A stretch of DNA of 64,000 nucleotides from TPA_inf: Saccharomyces. Lineage: Eukaryota. Shown in pieces: positions 45,294 through 56,467 of the stretch (positions are counted from its first letter, which is position 1; each line of letters begins with the position of its first letter). The translations under genes were made by a program, and so were the position numbers. The stretch spans positions 352,001-416,000 of the forward strand of contig BK006942.2 in NCBI GenBank assembly GCA_000146045.2. Reading direction: 5' to 3'. The notes below the pieces were generated by a model. The model was not told the origin of the DNA. It did no database searches and was given only the letters and a program-made list of their open reading frames with translations.

Positions 45294-46385
45294 ATGTCTC
45301 CGAAGAATATAACAAGGTCGGTGATCCCGGCTATAGATTTGTATTGCCGCAAAGCAAATTTTAAAACTCTAAAATCATTGTCGATGATCCTAGGTAGTAA
45401 AAAAGAATGGTATGACACTAAAAAGGCGCCATTGAGAACCTTTTTGGTCTCTCGATGTGGCATTTTCGAGCAGTTGAGGGGTCGTCTCGTTGAAGATGGC
45501 AAAGTCAACTTGTTTAGTGTTTTCCTGACAAACGACTCATTTTCTTTTTGCAAGATGACCGTTGATGATAAGTTCAACACTAGCTTGGTCGATTGGCAAA
45601 AAATACCCTTTGACAGTACATTTGCAACTGACAGAAGACAGAATATCAGTTTACTACCTGTTGATACACTGTTTGCAACTGAAAAGATCATATCGATTCT
45701 TGGTGTATCTCCTAATATGACGAATCTTGTTTCTATAGAAAGAGAGCGATCAGACCTGGTGGATTTTAATTGTAAACTGCAATCAAACATCCTAGAACAC
45801 CTACTATACGCGAAATGCCAAGGAGTGTACGTAACTTCTACCAATGAAAAAGCTCGTTTGCTTGCAGCTGTCTGCAATCCTGAATTCATTGACACCTTCT
45901 GGTGCGAATTGACTCCCATAAGAGTCTCATTAAAGGAAAACCCTTCCATTTCTGTACCTCGAGAATATCAGATGTACGATCCGGTGGTACGTGCCACTAT
46001 AAAGGAGGTTGTCACCAAGCGATTACTGCGATCCGCCTTCGATAATGACATCGACCCGCTAATGTGTCTTCATTTGGATAAAGGCTGGAAACTTAAATTC
46101 CCCATACTATCCTCGACAACGGGCCTAAACTTCTCCCTGAAGGATTGTCTTTCCCTGGACACAGGAAAAGATGCATCTGATATGACAGAGGTGTTTCTCG
46201 CTACTATGGAGTCGAGTAAAGTTCTTCGTACGTATAGCAACCTCGTTGACATTGTGATGAAGGACAATGGTAGGTTGGACTCAGGCGTCCTAAAGCAATT
46301 CAACGACTACGTTAAGCAAGAAAAGCTCAATCTACAACATTTTCAGGCCGGTTCCTCAAAGTTTCTCAAAGGCGCAAAGATATAA
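45294..46385 (+). CDS. MRS1: Mitochondrial group I intron splicing factor Mrs1 (RNase H-fold / Cce1-related), ~363 aa from Met at 45294 (track ORF begins at 45279).
   Basis: ORF 45279..46385. Size and position between FLO11 and SEC11. The long antisense ORF 45215..45949(-) overlaps it and corresponds to a dubious ORF (YIR020C-B). Confidence 0.75.
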   Translation: MSPKNITRSVIPAIDLYCRKANFKTLKSLSMILGSKKEWYDTKKAPLRTFLVSRCGIFEQLRGRLVEDGKVNLFSVFLTNDSFSFCKMTVDDKFNTSLVDWQKIPFDSTFATDRRQNISLLPVDTLFATEKIISILGVSPNMTNLVSIERERSDLVDFNCKLQSNILEHLLYAKCQGVYVTSTNEKARLLAAVCNPEFIDTFWCELTPIRVSLKENPSISVPREYQMYDPVVRATIKEVVTKRLLRSAFDNDIDPLMCLHLDKGWKLKFPILSSTTGLNFSLKDCLSLDTGKDASDMTEVFLATMESSKVLRTYSNLVDIVMKDNGRLDSGVLKQFNDYVKQEKLNLQHFQAGSSKFLKGAKI

Positions 46386-46732
46386 TCCTCTTATATAGCA
46401 TGTAAATAGAAAGTACGTAAAAAAAAGCTACTATTGACTTTATTCTCCGTGAGGGCGGTTCTTTCTGTAGCTGTTGGTTTTTTCCAGATCTTATGTGACA
46501 CACCTGCACAACAATGTCATTCTCTGTCAGCTGCAAGACTCCCAAGACCACGAAGCTGCTGGTATCTTCTATTTCAGAGAGCGCTGTTGCTCTTATTATT
46601 ATTACCATACGTATACTTTTTTCCATTGGCAAAAGCGATTTCAAAAAAATAATCTCCAAGGAAATAAATGGTGCAGAAACAATATACTACAGAAATATAC
46701 CGGAAAGTAAACCCCAAGGGAGTTAGCACAAG

Positions 46733-47236
46733 ATGAATCTAAGATTTGAATTGCAGAAACTATTGAACGTTTGCTTTTTGTTTGCATCTGCTTACATGTT
46801 CTGGCAAGGCTTAGCCATTGCTACTAATAGCGCTTCTCCGATCGTGGTGGTGCTTTCAGGCTCCATGGAACCAGCTTTCCAAAGGGGTGATATCCTTTTC
46901 CTATGGAATAGAAATACTTTCAACCAAGTAGGTGATGTCGTGGTGTATGAGGTCGAAGGGAAACAAATCCCCATTGTGCATAGAGTTTTGAGGCAACATA
47001 ACAATCACGCGGACAAGCAATTCCTCCTGACCAAAGGTGACAATAACGCCGGCAATGATATCTCACTATATGCTAATAAGAAAATTTACTTGAACAAGTC
47101 AAAGGAGATTGTAGGGACCGTCAAGGGCTACTTTCCACAACTAGGGTACATTACGATTTGGATTAGCGAGAACAAATATGCCAAGTTTGCATTGTTAGGT
47201 ATGTTGGGGTTGAGTGCTCTGCTGGGGGGCGAGTAG
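46733..47236 (+). CDS. SEC11: Signal peptidase complex catalytic subunit Sec11 (S26 family), 167 aa.
   Basis: ORF 46733..47236. N-terminal TM anchor, catalytic serine box ([11 protein letters not shown]), and histidine box (IVHRV) typical of ER signal peptidase SPC18/Sec11. Confidence 0.92.
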
Positions 47237-47776
47237 TTCGCCAAGTTTTTTTGGAACGATGTTTACGTACTTTGTATTTGTGCTTATGGTCTTTAACTTG
47301 TTTAATTATATAACCATAACCATTCGGTCCACGCTGAAAACAAAATATTGTCTTAGGACACGCTTTGAGAATTATTGAAAAAGGAGCTCCCACAGTGATG
47401 TAGGCAATTCAACAGAGATGATTTGTGTCATTTTTTATAAGGTGATACCGTCGCTCATTAACTCGATATCTTGAAAAGGCATATGTGTCGGTAATTGAGA
47501 CCGCTAGGTTTAACTTCTCGAATAAAAAATGGTCTAAGCTGCATAAGCATATAGAATTGTACAATCAGTGTATAGGTAGAGCAGAAGCAGTCCAAGATTC
47601 GAGCTAATAATACTCATATAATATCCATCGCGATGGGTATTATATGAAACATAACAATCGTACATGGTGATTGAAAATAATAGATGATAAGAATCATTTT
47701 CAAATAATAGTGTAGATCTTAAAAACTCTTGGCCTGTTTAGACGAGCGGCAGAACGACAGGCAGCCATACTATCAA

Positions 47777-50689
47777 ATGGACCCTCACCAATCACCAGCT
47801 GATAATGCCGCATCGCCTACGAAGAGCGTGAAGGCAACCACTAAAAATTCGTCCACGAATAATAATGTCAATAGCAACAACAGCAATAATAACAGTAACC
47901 ATGATATACTGAATTTTAATGATAACTATACTACCATTCTGCAACATTTGGCAAACGACCATCCTAATATACTGAGGGAGAAAGGAGGATCACAACAACA
48001 ACAGCATCAGCAGCAGCAACAACAGCAACAACAGCAGCAACAACAGCAGCAACAACAGAGCCTGGATACCCTTTTGCACCATTATCAAAGTTTACTCTCC
48101 AAGAGTGATAATGCAATAGCCTTTGATGACAATGTTAGTAACAGCGCAGATCATAATGGCAGTAATAGCAACAATAATAACAACAATAATGACATATCTA
48201 GTCCCGGTAATCTGATGGGATCTTGCAATCAATGTAGATTAAAGAAAACAAAGTGCAACTATTTTCCCGACCTAGGCAACTGTCTCGAATGTGAAACGTC
48301 AAGAACTAAATGCACCTTCAGTATTGCTCCAAATTATTTGAAAAGAACGTCCTCTGGGGCAAACAATAACATGCCAACCTCTTCAAACTCCAAACGAATG
48401 AAAAATTTTGAAGACTATTCGAATCGCTTACCCAGTAGCATGCTCTATAGACATCAACAGCAGCAGCAACAGCAACAGCAGCAACAGCGTATACAATACC
48501 CCAGATCCTCTTTTTTCGTCGGTCCGGCCTCAGTTTTCGATTTGAACTTGACCAAGCATGTAAGACTAGATAATGTTGACCAAATACAGCTATCAAAAAC
48601 TTTATCATTAAGAAAGGTGTCTCCTACCGCACAGTTTATTCTTCAGGACGATTTTGACACGACCCTTCATAGTAAGCAAGAATACGAAGTTGATTTGGTC
48701 GAAAATCTGGTACATCCGCACGGTCACCTTTTAGTAGAGATTTTCTTCAAATTGATTCATCCTTTTCTTCCAATTTTACACGAACGTGTATTTTTGGAAA
48801 AGTATTCTAGATCTTATAGAGAACTCACTGCGCCTTTACTGGCATCCATTTACTCACTGGCATTACAATATTGGGATTTTCATCCTGCACTTTTGGGGTT
48901 CCCTAAACCCGATGTAACTGCTCAACTAAACAATATCGCATTGGAAACATTTTATGCTCGAGTTGGAAGGCCAAAATTGAGCATTATACAAACAGGCCTT
49001 TTGATTTTGCAATGCCGTAGTGAATGTCATAACAACTGGGTCCTCTGCTCCAGCGTAGTGGCCCTTGCAGAGGAATTGGGGCTCGGGGTTGAATGTAATG
49101 ATTGGAAACTTCCCAAATGGGAAAAAGATTTGAGAAAGAGATTAGCGTGGGCAGTTTGGTTGATGGATAAATGGTGTGCATTAAACGAAGGTAGACAATC
49201 CCATTTAATTTTAGGTAGGAACTGGATGATCAAGCTATTAAACTTTGATGATTTTCCTCTGAATTCGCCCACTATTTTAAATTCCTTGCAAAATGACCAG
49301 TCGGGGTCTTCACCCTCGTCATCAAATGATGTGAAAAACCATCAGATAGCATTTGGTAACTTGCCCATATTTAACATAAACCCCACTTTAGAAGATTTCA
49401 AGAATGGAACGCTTATGTTTCAACAAATGGTTTCCTTGAGTATAATTCTTGGGGAAATCATGGACACATTTTACACTCAGGGATCCATGACAATAAACAA
49501 AAGCATTGAACAGGTATTGAAACTGGCAAAGCCGTTGCAACTGAAATTAAGAGAATGGTACCATTCCCTACCCAAGAATTTGTCAATGAGTTATGCCACG
49601 CCACAAAAATTGAACTCAAATTCAACTTTAACTCTAGCTTATTTTGCCACGGAAATTACGTTACATAGGAAAATTATCTGTGCCTTGAATCCTCAAACTC
49701 CAAAGGAACTGGTTCAAGTATGCAGGACTGCTGCAAGAACCAGGCTTGTAGCAGCAATTGAATTTATAAGAGATCTAAAAAACGAACATATTAATGCTTT
49801 TTGGTATAACTGCTCAACTGGAAATCTGATGCTAATTGGAACATTTGCTGCCCTGCTGTATGTGACTTCAGCTACGAAGGAAGAGGCTATGATTTTCAGA
49901 GATTATGTTAGAAATTATACCTGGGTATTGAAGATAGGTTCCAAATACTTTGATAAACTATCGAATGCTTTGAATAATATGCATTTACTATTTGCACAAA
50001 TTCCTGGTCTTCTGACCGATGAACCGGTGGTCGTGAGCCCTAACTCTAACATCAATTCCGTTAACCCACAAAGGTCAGGTGTACAATCGCAAATCCCAAT
50101 ACAATTTAACGTGGGATCACCTGCCATGACCGAGCAAGGATCTCCTTTAAACCAGTGGAAGAATTTGCCCCAGGAAATCTTGCAACAACTAAACTCCTTT
50201 CCCAACGGTACGACCAGTACAACAACGCCAGTAAACCCCACTTCCAGACAAACACAACTAGAATCGCAGGGAAGTCCAGCCATAAATAGTGCTAATAATA
50301 ATAGCAACAACACGCCTTTACCATTTGCGCCAAATAAGTCTTCTAAAAAAACTTCACAATCTTCACCAAATGTTACGCCCTCTCATATGAGCAGACACCC
50401 CCCCTCTAATACATCTTCACCAAGAGTCAATTCCAGCACAAATGTCAACTCTAATACACAAATGAATGCTTCTCCCTTGACCTCAATTAACGAAACCAGA
50501 CAAGAGTCAGGTGACGCTGCAGATGAAAAAACAGCAGGAAGAGAAAGAACCGCCAACGAGGAATCATCAACGGAACTCAAGGACGATAATCCAAACTCGA
50601 ACCAGGAAACAAGCGCAACTGGTAACCAAACTATAAAAATGAATGATGATAAAAATGTAACAATTAACACAAGGGAAACCCCTCTGTAA
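47777..50689 (+). CDS. DAL81: Zn(II)2Cys6 transcription factor Dal81/Uga35 (general co-inducer for allantoin, GABA, urea and amino-acid (SPS) responsive genes), ~970 aa from Met at 47777 (track ORF begins at 47729).
   Basis: ORF 47729..50689. Gal4-type zinc cluster (CNQCRLKKTKCNYFPDLGNCLECETSRTKC), two poly-Gln tracts, and a fungal transcription-factor middle homology region. Confidence 0.9.
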   Translation: MDPHQSPADNAASPTKSVKATTKNSSTNNNVNSNNSNNNSNHDILNFNDNYTTILQHLANDHPNILREKGGSQQQQHQQQQQQQQQQQQQQQQQSLDTLLHHYQSLLSKSDNAIAFDDNVSNSADHNGSNSNNNNNNNDISSPGNLMGSCNQCRLKKTKCNYFPDLGNCLECETSRTKCTFSIAPNYLKRTSSGANNNMPTSSNSKRMKNFEDYSNRLPSSMLYRHQQQQQQQQQQQRIQYPRSSFFVGPASVFDLNLTKHVRLDNVDQIQLSKTLSLRKVSPTAQFILQDDFDTTLHSKQEYEVDLVENLVHPHGHLLVEIFFKLIHPFLPILHERVFLEKYSRSYRELTAPLLASIYSLALQYWDFHPALLGFPKPDVTAQLNNIALETFYARVGRPKLSIIQTGLLILQCRSECHNNWVLCSSVVALAEELGLGVECNDWKLPKWEKDLRKRLAWAVWLMDKWCALNEGRQSHLILGRNWMIKLLNFDDFPLNSPTILNSLQNDQSGSSPSSSNDVKNHQIAFGNLPIFNINPTLEDFKNGTLMFQQMVSLSIILGEIMDTFYTQGSMTINKSIEQVLKLAKPLQLKLREWYHSLPKNLSMSYATPQKLNSNSTLTLAYFATEITLHRKIICALNPQTPKELVQVCRTAARTRLVAAIEFIRDLKNEHINAFWYNCSTGNLMLIGTFAALLYVTSATKEEAMIFRDYVRNYTWVLKIGSKYFDKLSNALNNMHLLFAQIPGLLTDEPVVVSPNSNINSVNPQRSGVQSQIPIQFNVGSPAMTEQGSPLNQWKNLPQEILQQLNSFPNGTTSTTTPVNPTSRQTQLESQGSPAINSANNNSNNTPLPFAPNKSSKKTSQSSPNVTPSHMSRHPPSNTSSPRVNSSTNVNSNTQMNASPLTSINETRQESGDAADEKTAGRERTANEESSTELKDDNPNSNQETSATGNQTIKMNDDKNVTINTRETPL

Positions 50690-50840
50690 TATAAATAATA
50701 GCACATAAGTAAAAATGGAATACGGTAATAACTATATAGAAATATCTTCTGCAGGACCAAGGTTACTGAGTGGTGAATGTAAAATTATTTATTCGCTTGC
50801 GTTATATTTACATGTGGTATATCCGGATGCATAGAGCCTA

Positions 50841-51491
50841 CTATAGAAATTTTGGGATTTTATCATGTTCTTTGGCGATTTCATTCAAATCACCTGGTTG
50901 GTTCATCATCATATGGACATCACCACTTAGGTAAACCTTTTCATCTTCTTTTTTCGACTTTTCTAAATCTTTTAGAACATTCAAATCAGTGACAATCCCT
51001 TCTTTGTTCTTAACGCCAGCATCTGGAGTTTTTTCGATTACTTCTTTTTTTGCCTCGTCTATTATACTTTGCCAGATCTCTTCCAATGACTCTTCCTTAG
51101 GAACCACAATATCAGTCTCATCTTCCTTCATCCCAGTTGCGTTCTTGCCGACGATTCCTAAACGCAAATTCACAAGTTTCAATTCATCATCTGCGTCGAA
51201 GTCTACCTTTCCATTATTATCATGAACCCTCCGTATCAGCTCTTTCAATTTATCAAGTTTTAGCTTATATTTCCTTTCCATATCAATAATGTTCCTTTTC
51301 TCGGCTATTACTGCGTTTAATATCGACCCAAATATCATTACCAAAAGTAAAGGTTTGATCATTGTTTTATCAAATCTTGACTTTCTCTTAATGCCCGCAT
51401 TTGCTGATGCAACAGTTCTAGCGGTTATCTTTATGGGAGCAAGGCTCCTTAAAAATAGACCATTTCTTAACACTTGTCTTGCCATAAACAT
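50841..51491 (-). CDS. INA22: Mitochondrial inner-membrane assembly complex subunit Ina22 (F1Fo ATP synthase assembly), 216 aa.
   Basis: ORF 50841..51491 minus strand. N-terminal presequence-like basic region, one TM segment (LLLVMIFGSILNAVI), and a C-terminal coiled-coil/acidic domain. Position between DAL81 and MND2. Confidence 0.7.
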   Translation of the reverse strand: MFMARQVLRNGLFLRSLAPIKITARTVASANAGIKRKSRFDKTMIKPLLLVMIFGSILNAVIAEKRNIIDMERKYKLKLDKLKELIRRVHDNNGKVDFDADDELKLVNLRLGIVGKNATGMKEDETDIVVPKEESLEEIWQSIIDEAKKEVIEKTPDAGVKNKEGIVTDLNVLKDLEKSKKEDEKVYLSGDVHMMMNQPGDLNEIAKEHDKIPKFL

Positions 51492-51658
51492 TTTTCCTTA
51501 CACCTTTTACGTATGACTTGTCTTTCCTTGTTGTTACTTTTTCCCTGCTCATTATATCACATAAGATGTAAATTAGAGGATGCGTAAAATAGTTCAACTG
51601 TGCTACGCCACATCAGAATACCGACAACCATAAACAGCGGCGAAGAGAAGACAAAGCA

Positions 51659-52765
51659 ATGGCAAGAGCGTTGAGGGATATATCATTATTCAATGATATA
51701 AGAAAGGATCAAAATTCGGCAGGAGCCAAGCATGAGAGATATAACATGAGAGATCTCCGAAGTAAGAAGAACCAGCATGTAAATGGCATAGATGATTATG
51801 AAGATGATTCGCTTGACAGATTTATAAGAAGGAAGAAATCCAGAGTTGTGAAATACATTCCATCATTGTCAGCGTATAATGTGTTCAATGAATTTCCTTA
51901 CTATCCTACGTCAGCCAGTCAGTTACTAGACGGCAAATTAGACGAATTTCTAATGCTGTCAGAACAATACAAAAGTAGATTACCCAAAATACGCAAGCTA
52001 GGATGGAATAGATTCAAACCAATAGGCATTAATAAAACTATGTACGAATTAGAAATGCTAAGGTCTCGAGCACGAGCTCAAAACGCGGAAGGGAACAATG
52101 AGGAAGACTTCAGGCAGCACGATTCTAGAGAAGAGGATCCAAGAAACAATGGCTCTATAGGACGCGTGATACTGCCTCATATTCTACAGGAAAATGAAGA
52201 ATATGATACTGGTGAGGGTGTTACAGGATTGCATAGCATGCCAAATGACAGTATGGCCATACTTGCGAATAACAGTGCTAATAATTCGCAAAATGAGGAA
52301 GTATCAGAGGAGGATGAAATATCATACGATTATGATGCAGAGTTCGATCATGTTGTAGATGAGGATGATAATGAGGAGGGAGAAGTGCCGGGGGAAGGTG
52401 TGGAAGGTATAGAAGTTCAGAGAGAGAGAATTGTGCCGGATGACTTATTAATGAGACCCACTTCACTGTCACGCTCCCTACAACAGTTTGTGGAAGAGGC
52501 TCATCATTTAGATAGAAACCCATATGATATTGACAGTGATAACGACGGAGAAGATTCAAAGGTAGAACTGGACATGAATCCGGATTTTGAAGATGACGTG
52601 GGAAGAGAGCATGATTATAATAGCGAATACAGCCAAGAGCCGACTTCTTATGGTGGGATTACACCTGATCTAGCGAGTAATTGGAGGAATTGGACTAGGG
52701 AGAGGATAACTAGTTTAGATGAATTAATGGAGAGACGAGCCAGGCAGCAACGAGGTCAAGATTAG
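51659..52765 (+). CDS. MND2: Meiosis-specific APC/C subunit Mnd2 (inhibits APC-Ama1), 368 aa.
   Basis: ORF 51659..52765. Acidic, low-complexity protein. Size and position match. Confidence 0.7.
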   Translation: MARALRDISLFNDIRKDQNSAGAKHERYNMRDLRSKKNQHVNGIDDYEDDSLDRFIRRKKSRVVKYIPSLSAYNVFNEFPYYPTSASQLLDGKLDEFLMLSEQYKSRLPKIRKLGWNRFKPIGINKTMYELEMLRSRARAQNAEGNNEEDFRQHDSREEDPRNNGSIGRVILPHILQENEEYDTGEGVTGLHSMPNDSMAILANNSANNSQNEEVSEEDEISYDYDAEFDHVVDEDDNEEGEVPGEGVEGIEVQRERIVPDDLLMRPTSLSRSLQQFVEEAHHLDRNPYDIDSDNDGEDSKVELDMNPDFEDDVGREHDYNSEYSQEPTSYGGITPDLASNWRNWTRERITSLDELMERRARQQRGQD

Positions 52766-52872
52766 AAAAATGCTCTCCTCAGCACCAAAATTCATCTATC
52801 TATTAAGATGTATACATACACAAGTGCACCAAAAGTGCTTAGTGGTAGTTATATTTGCTGATTATATCTAAG

Positions 52873-53967
52873 TTATCTATTTACTTTCTCGGATTCAAAA
52901 TTAACCATGTTGGGCAAAGCAGTGGATTGTAAGGGAAATTGATCCACTTTACTAGTTTGCAGGTGGATAGCGGGGATGACCCACTTACCACAACTGCACC
53001 TAGATCCTTTCCAGTTGTAACCGCCAACTTTACTTGAACAGCCTGGACATGAAAACTTCCCTTCTAACTCTTGCTTGCCTTGTAGTTCAGGTTGCATCCA
53101 TTTTAAAGGTTCGATGAAAAAATGAGAGCAATTTGCTTGTGACTCTTGAATATCAATAATACGATGGGAGTTGGCGGCCCTCTTGATGAAGTGTCCCTCT
53201 GATGATTCCTTACTTGGTGGGTCATGCGCGATGAAAGATGTAGATAACGCCAATTTGGTTCTGCACTTCTTACATCTCACTGCGGTGACCTTGCTCTTCT
53301 CAGCTTCAGTTAATTTATCCAAGTCTTGCGACGACTCCGAATCTTTAAACATTCCAGAATTGGAGACCAATTCGCTGCCCGATGGATCTAACTTGATAGA
53401 TTGCTTCAGCTTCCACTGCTTATAGGCTGGGTTGTCGAAATCGACAAAATCTCCACCCATTTTCTCAAAGAGATGTAATTGTTCCATGAAATTCTCGTTT
53501 GGCTCAACACTCGGTTTCTTCCTCTTGACAGCGTGCATAGCCATTGATAGTGACAATCCATAACGATACATTAGGTAGGCTACTATGAAGGTTACAGATC
53601 TCGAGAGTCCTGCTTGACAATGAGCAAAAACAGCACCACGTTGTGGTTTCTTCTTGAAATCTACTAATCTGGGCGAATACTCAACTTCATTGGGGAACAA
53701 GCATTGATCAATGAATCGGTTCGTTTCATCGAAGTATTGCAGCACATCAGTCACATCATCATCATCGATGGGTATGTTTTTTAGCGTGTAACCTTTCCTT
53801 ATTAGATACTCTGGAATGACCTGGAATTTGATAACAGAAAGAATATGAGTAATGTTAAATTCTGCACCCAATGGTCTGTGGTCAATAATTGGACGGATTC
53901 CGCCAAGATATATGCCTCCTAATATCCTGGTAACTTCCTCGTCTACTGAGTTTGCATTTCCAGCCAT
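52873..53967 (-). CDS. YVH1: Dual-specificity protein phosphatase Yvh1 (ribosome 60S maturation, Mrt4 release), 364 aa.
   Basis: ORF 52873..53967 minus strand. DSP active site (HCQAGLSRS) in the N-terminal half, and a C-terminal Cys/His-rich zinc-binding domain (CKKCRTKL...CPGCSSK...CSCGKW). Confidence 0.9.
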   Translation of the reverse strand: MAGNANSVDEEVTRILGGIYLGGIRPIIDHRPLGAEFNITHILSVIKFQVIPEYLIRKGYTLKNIPIDDDDVTDVLQYFDETNRFIDQCLFPNEVEYSPRLVDFKKKPQRGAVFAHCQAGLSRSVTFIVAYLMYRYGLSLSMAMHAVKRKKPSVEPNENFMEQLHLFEKMGGDFVDFDNPAYKQWKLKQSIKLDPSGSELVSNSGMFKDSESSQDLDKLTEAEKSKVTAVRCKKCRTKLALSTSFIAHDPPSKESSEGHFIKRAANSHRIIDIQESQANCSHFFIEPLKWMQPELQGKQELEGKFSCPGCSSKVGGYNWKGSRCSCGKWVIPAIHLQTSKVDQFPLQSTALPNMVNFESEKVNR

Positions 53968-54259
53968 CTTCCCTGTAATTTCTTGCTGCTTTTACTGCTT
54001 TCTCTGCGTTATACCTGTATTAGATGCATTCGATGAGCTGAGGTATAATTTTTTTTTTCAGTTAGATTTCTTTTTTTTAGCGCTAAGAAAATTTCAAAAT
54101 TGCAGCCGTGGAGACCCAGATGGATATATTGTAGATCATTAAAAGTTGTGTCATCTCAAACTAAGAGTGGTTAATATATGTATGTGTGTAAATAACTTTT
54201 TATAAATTTGTTTCTTTTATTTCTATAGAATTTCTTTAATAAAAATTTGCAACTTTAGT

Positions 54260-55642
54260 TTAACGTCTAGAATCAAGCAAAGTTTGACCCAATGGTGTTT
54301 TCGAGACTCCGTTGGCATTCGTATATACCACCTGGCCTCTTAATATGGTTTTCAAAACTGTGCCCTTGACCGTCATCCCGTTGTAGGCAGTCAATTTGTT
54401 TTTGAAGTAGACACTTGAATTACTTATTTTATGTTTACTTGCAGTATCAAATACCACCAAATCAGCATCGTACCCGGGAGCTATAGTGCCTTTTTGGTGA
54501 GATAGTCCTACCTGATGGGATGTATTTTTACAGCACCATGTAACGATATCGACCAAAGAGCAGCCTTGGGTAAACATCAATGGCAAACCTAGTCCGACGG
54601 AAGCGATTCCTCCCCAAGAATCGAAAAAGTCACCTTTTTGCAAGTTCTTCAACTCAGGGGTGCATGGCGAATGGTCGCTCACTACTGAGCCTATAACACC
54701 TTCACGCAAAGCGTCCCATAGGCCTTGGCGATTAGACTCAGAGCGGATGGGTGGACAACATTTAAAGTAGGTGGCTCCGTCTGGGATCTGCTCTGCAGCA
54801 ATACACAAATAGTGGAAACAAGTCTCTGTTGTGACTGGTAGCCCTGACGCACGTGCCTTTCTGATCAAGGGAATTGCTTTCATTGATGCCAGATGAACTA
54901 TATGTACAGGAGGAACTGGTCCATTTCTGGCTCTCAAGCATTCGAGAATCAAATTGATGGCGTCTATTTCGAAAGAATCCGGCCTCGAGGACAAAAACGA
55001 AGAATATTCACGATGGCTTTGCTCGGGTTGCTGTTGGTCCTCATGTGCCTTGGGCAACTCAGCATGAAACATCATCATGGTATCCTCCTCGGCTAAGACC
55101 TTCAAGGCTTCTTCTATATATTCTTTGCCAATTGGAGGGAATTCTTCCACACCAGAATCAAGCAAGAATCCTTTGAACCCGCGAACGCCAGCTTTGACAA
55201 GCGGAATTAAGTCTGGCAAGTTGTGTGGTACCAGTCCACCCCAAAACCCAACATCGCACCACATTTGGCCCTCAGCAGCTTCCAATTTAATTCGGAAATT
55301 CTCCACATTTGTTGTGGGAGGAATAGCATTTAGCGGCATATCAACCACCGTTGTGACCCCGCCACTAATAGCAGCTTGAGTTCCAGTTTCGAATCCTTCC
55401 CAGCTAGTCCTACCGGGCTCGTTCAAGTGAACATGAGAGTCCACAAGTCCAGGCAGAATTGTACATGGAGATACGTTCTCCAGCGTATGTATTTCATATT
55501 TGGTTATCTCAGTTTTCTCCATAACCACGGAGCCTTCTAAAACATCCAGAATCGTGCCTGATTCGGTCGAATACACAATAGTCGCAGGTTTATTTGCACC
55601 ATTGATAATGACATGGTCGGAAGTGATGGCATTGATAGGCAT
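54260..55642 (-). CDS. DAL1: Allantoinase (cyclic amidohydrolase superfamily), 460 aa.
   Basis: ORF 54260..55642 minus strand. Metal-binding H-x-H (VDSHVHLNEPGRTSWEG), carbamylated-Lys region, and the rest of the amidohydrolase fold. Part of the DAL cluster. Confidence 0.92.
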   Translation of the reverse strand: MPINAITSDHVIINGANKPATIVYSTESGTILDVLEGSVVMEKTEITKYEIHTLENVSPCTILPGLVDSHVHLNEPGRTSWEGFETGTQAAISGGVTTVVDMPLNAIPPTTNVENFRIKLEAAEGQMWCDVGFWGGLVPHNLPDLIPLVKAGVRGFKGFLLDSGVEEFPPIGKEYIEEALKVLAEEDTMMMFHAELPKAHEDQQQPEQSHREYSSFLSSRPDSFEIDAINLILECLRARNGPVPPVHIVHLASMKAIPLIRKARASGLPVTTETCFHYLCIAAEQIPDGATYFKCCPPIRSESNRQGLWDALREGVIGSVVSDHSPCTPELKNLQKGDFFDSWGGIASVGLGLPLMFTQGCSLVDIVTWCCKNTSHQVGLSHQKGTIAPGYDADLVVFDTASKHKISNSSVYFKNKLTAYNGMTVKGTVLKTILRGQVVYTNANGVSKTPLGQTLLDSRR

Positions 55643-55843
55643 CTTTGTTCTTCGCAGTATTTCACTTTTTTTTTGCCTATACGTTTTTGCGAAATATACA
55701 CTTTTCTAACCTAATTAAAGATAGCTAAAAGAAAAAGGGGTACCTTCAATTACAAGATACCAGTAGAAACTCATCACTTTTGCGTTACCTCATCATTGTC
55801 CCCTTCGATGAGATATGCCTCCTCTATATAGATAATTAAGCAC

Positions 55844-56221
55844 CGCAATTTTGAACCACTTCTCCTGATAAAGTTCCATCAGTCCACCATCAACACATTT
55901 GCGCCTATTCGATGATCCGCAGTAAGGGACAATAGAATCGAAACATGCAGTTCCTTTCTTTCCTGCAATTCTCGGGTCTAATGTGGCTCGAGGGTATCTC
56001 TTATCGGTATTACTTTCTTATCAATGAAAAATTTCTGCCAGGGAAAATGCGCCCGCTTTTTTTCCGGCCATCCTTACTCGCTGTCGCATACAAAATAGCG
56101 CCTCTAATCTAGTTGCGATAAGGAATGTGTATGTGTAATTGAAGATCCAGGATGTTTTCCTTTTCAGGGAGATGAGAAGGAATAATAGGATGGATTGACC
56201 GCTTTGCTGTCACGTCGATAA
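55844..56221. promoter_or_regulatory. DAL1-DAL4 divergent promoter: GATAAG motifs (CTTATC 56000-56005 and 56017-56022; GATAAG ~56116-56121 and ~56216-56221) and a UIS(ALL)-like AAAATTGCGG element (reverse-complement around 55844-55853).
   Basis: Direct motif reading in the 825-bp region shared by the two divergent genes. Confidence 0.6.
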
Positions 56222-56467
56222 GGTTCCTTTAAAAATTGTGTCCAATGATTAGCATAGAGAGGTAGAGTATCAGAGAAACAAGTTTGTAATCGAGAAACTT
56301 GATCTGCTAGTGTTGAGCATAGAAGGCTAGGAAAACATGGGGAAGAAAAAAAAAGTATAAATAATTAGCTTGATGAGTAGTTTGAATATATATGTTACTT
56401 TAGTTTCCCTTTTTGACCTTTTATATTCATCTACATCTTGTGATATAAAACATCAACAAAGACGAGA

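Noticed and set aside
45215-45949. 244-aa ORF on the - strand overlapping the 5' half of MRS1.
   Set aside because: It lies entirely antisense to a conserved protein-coding gene and matches the position of a dubious reference ORF (YIR020C-B). It has no recognisable domain. It may mark ICR1 transcription, but it is not called as a protein-coding gene.
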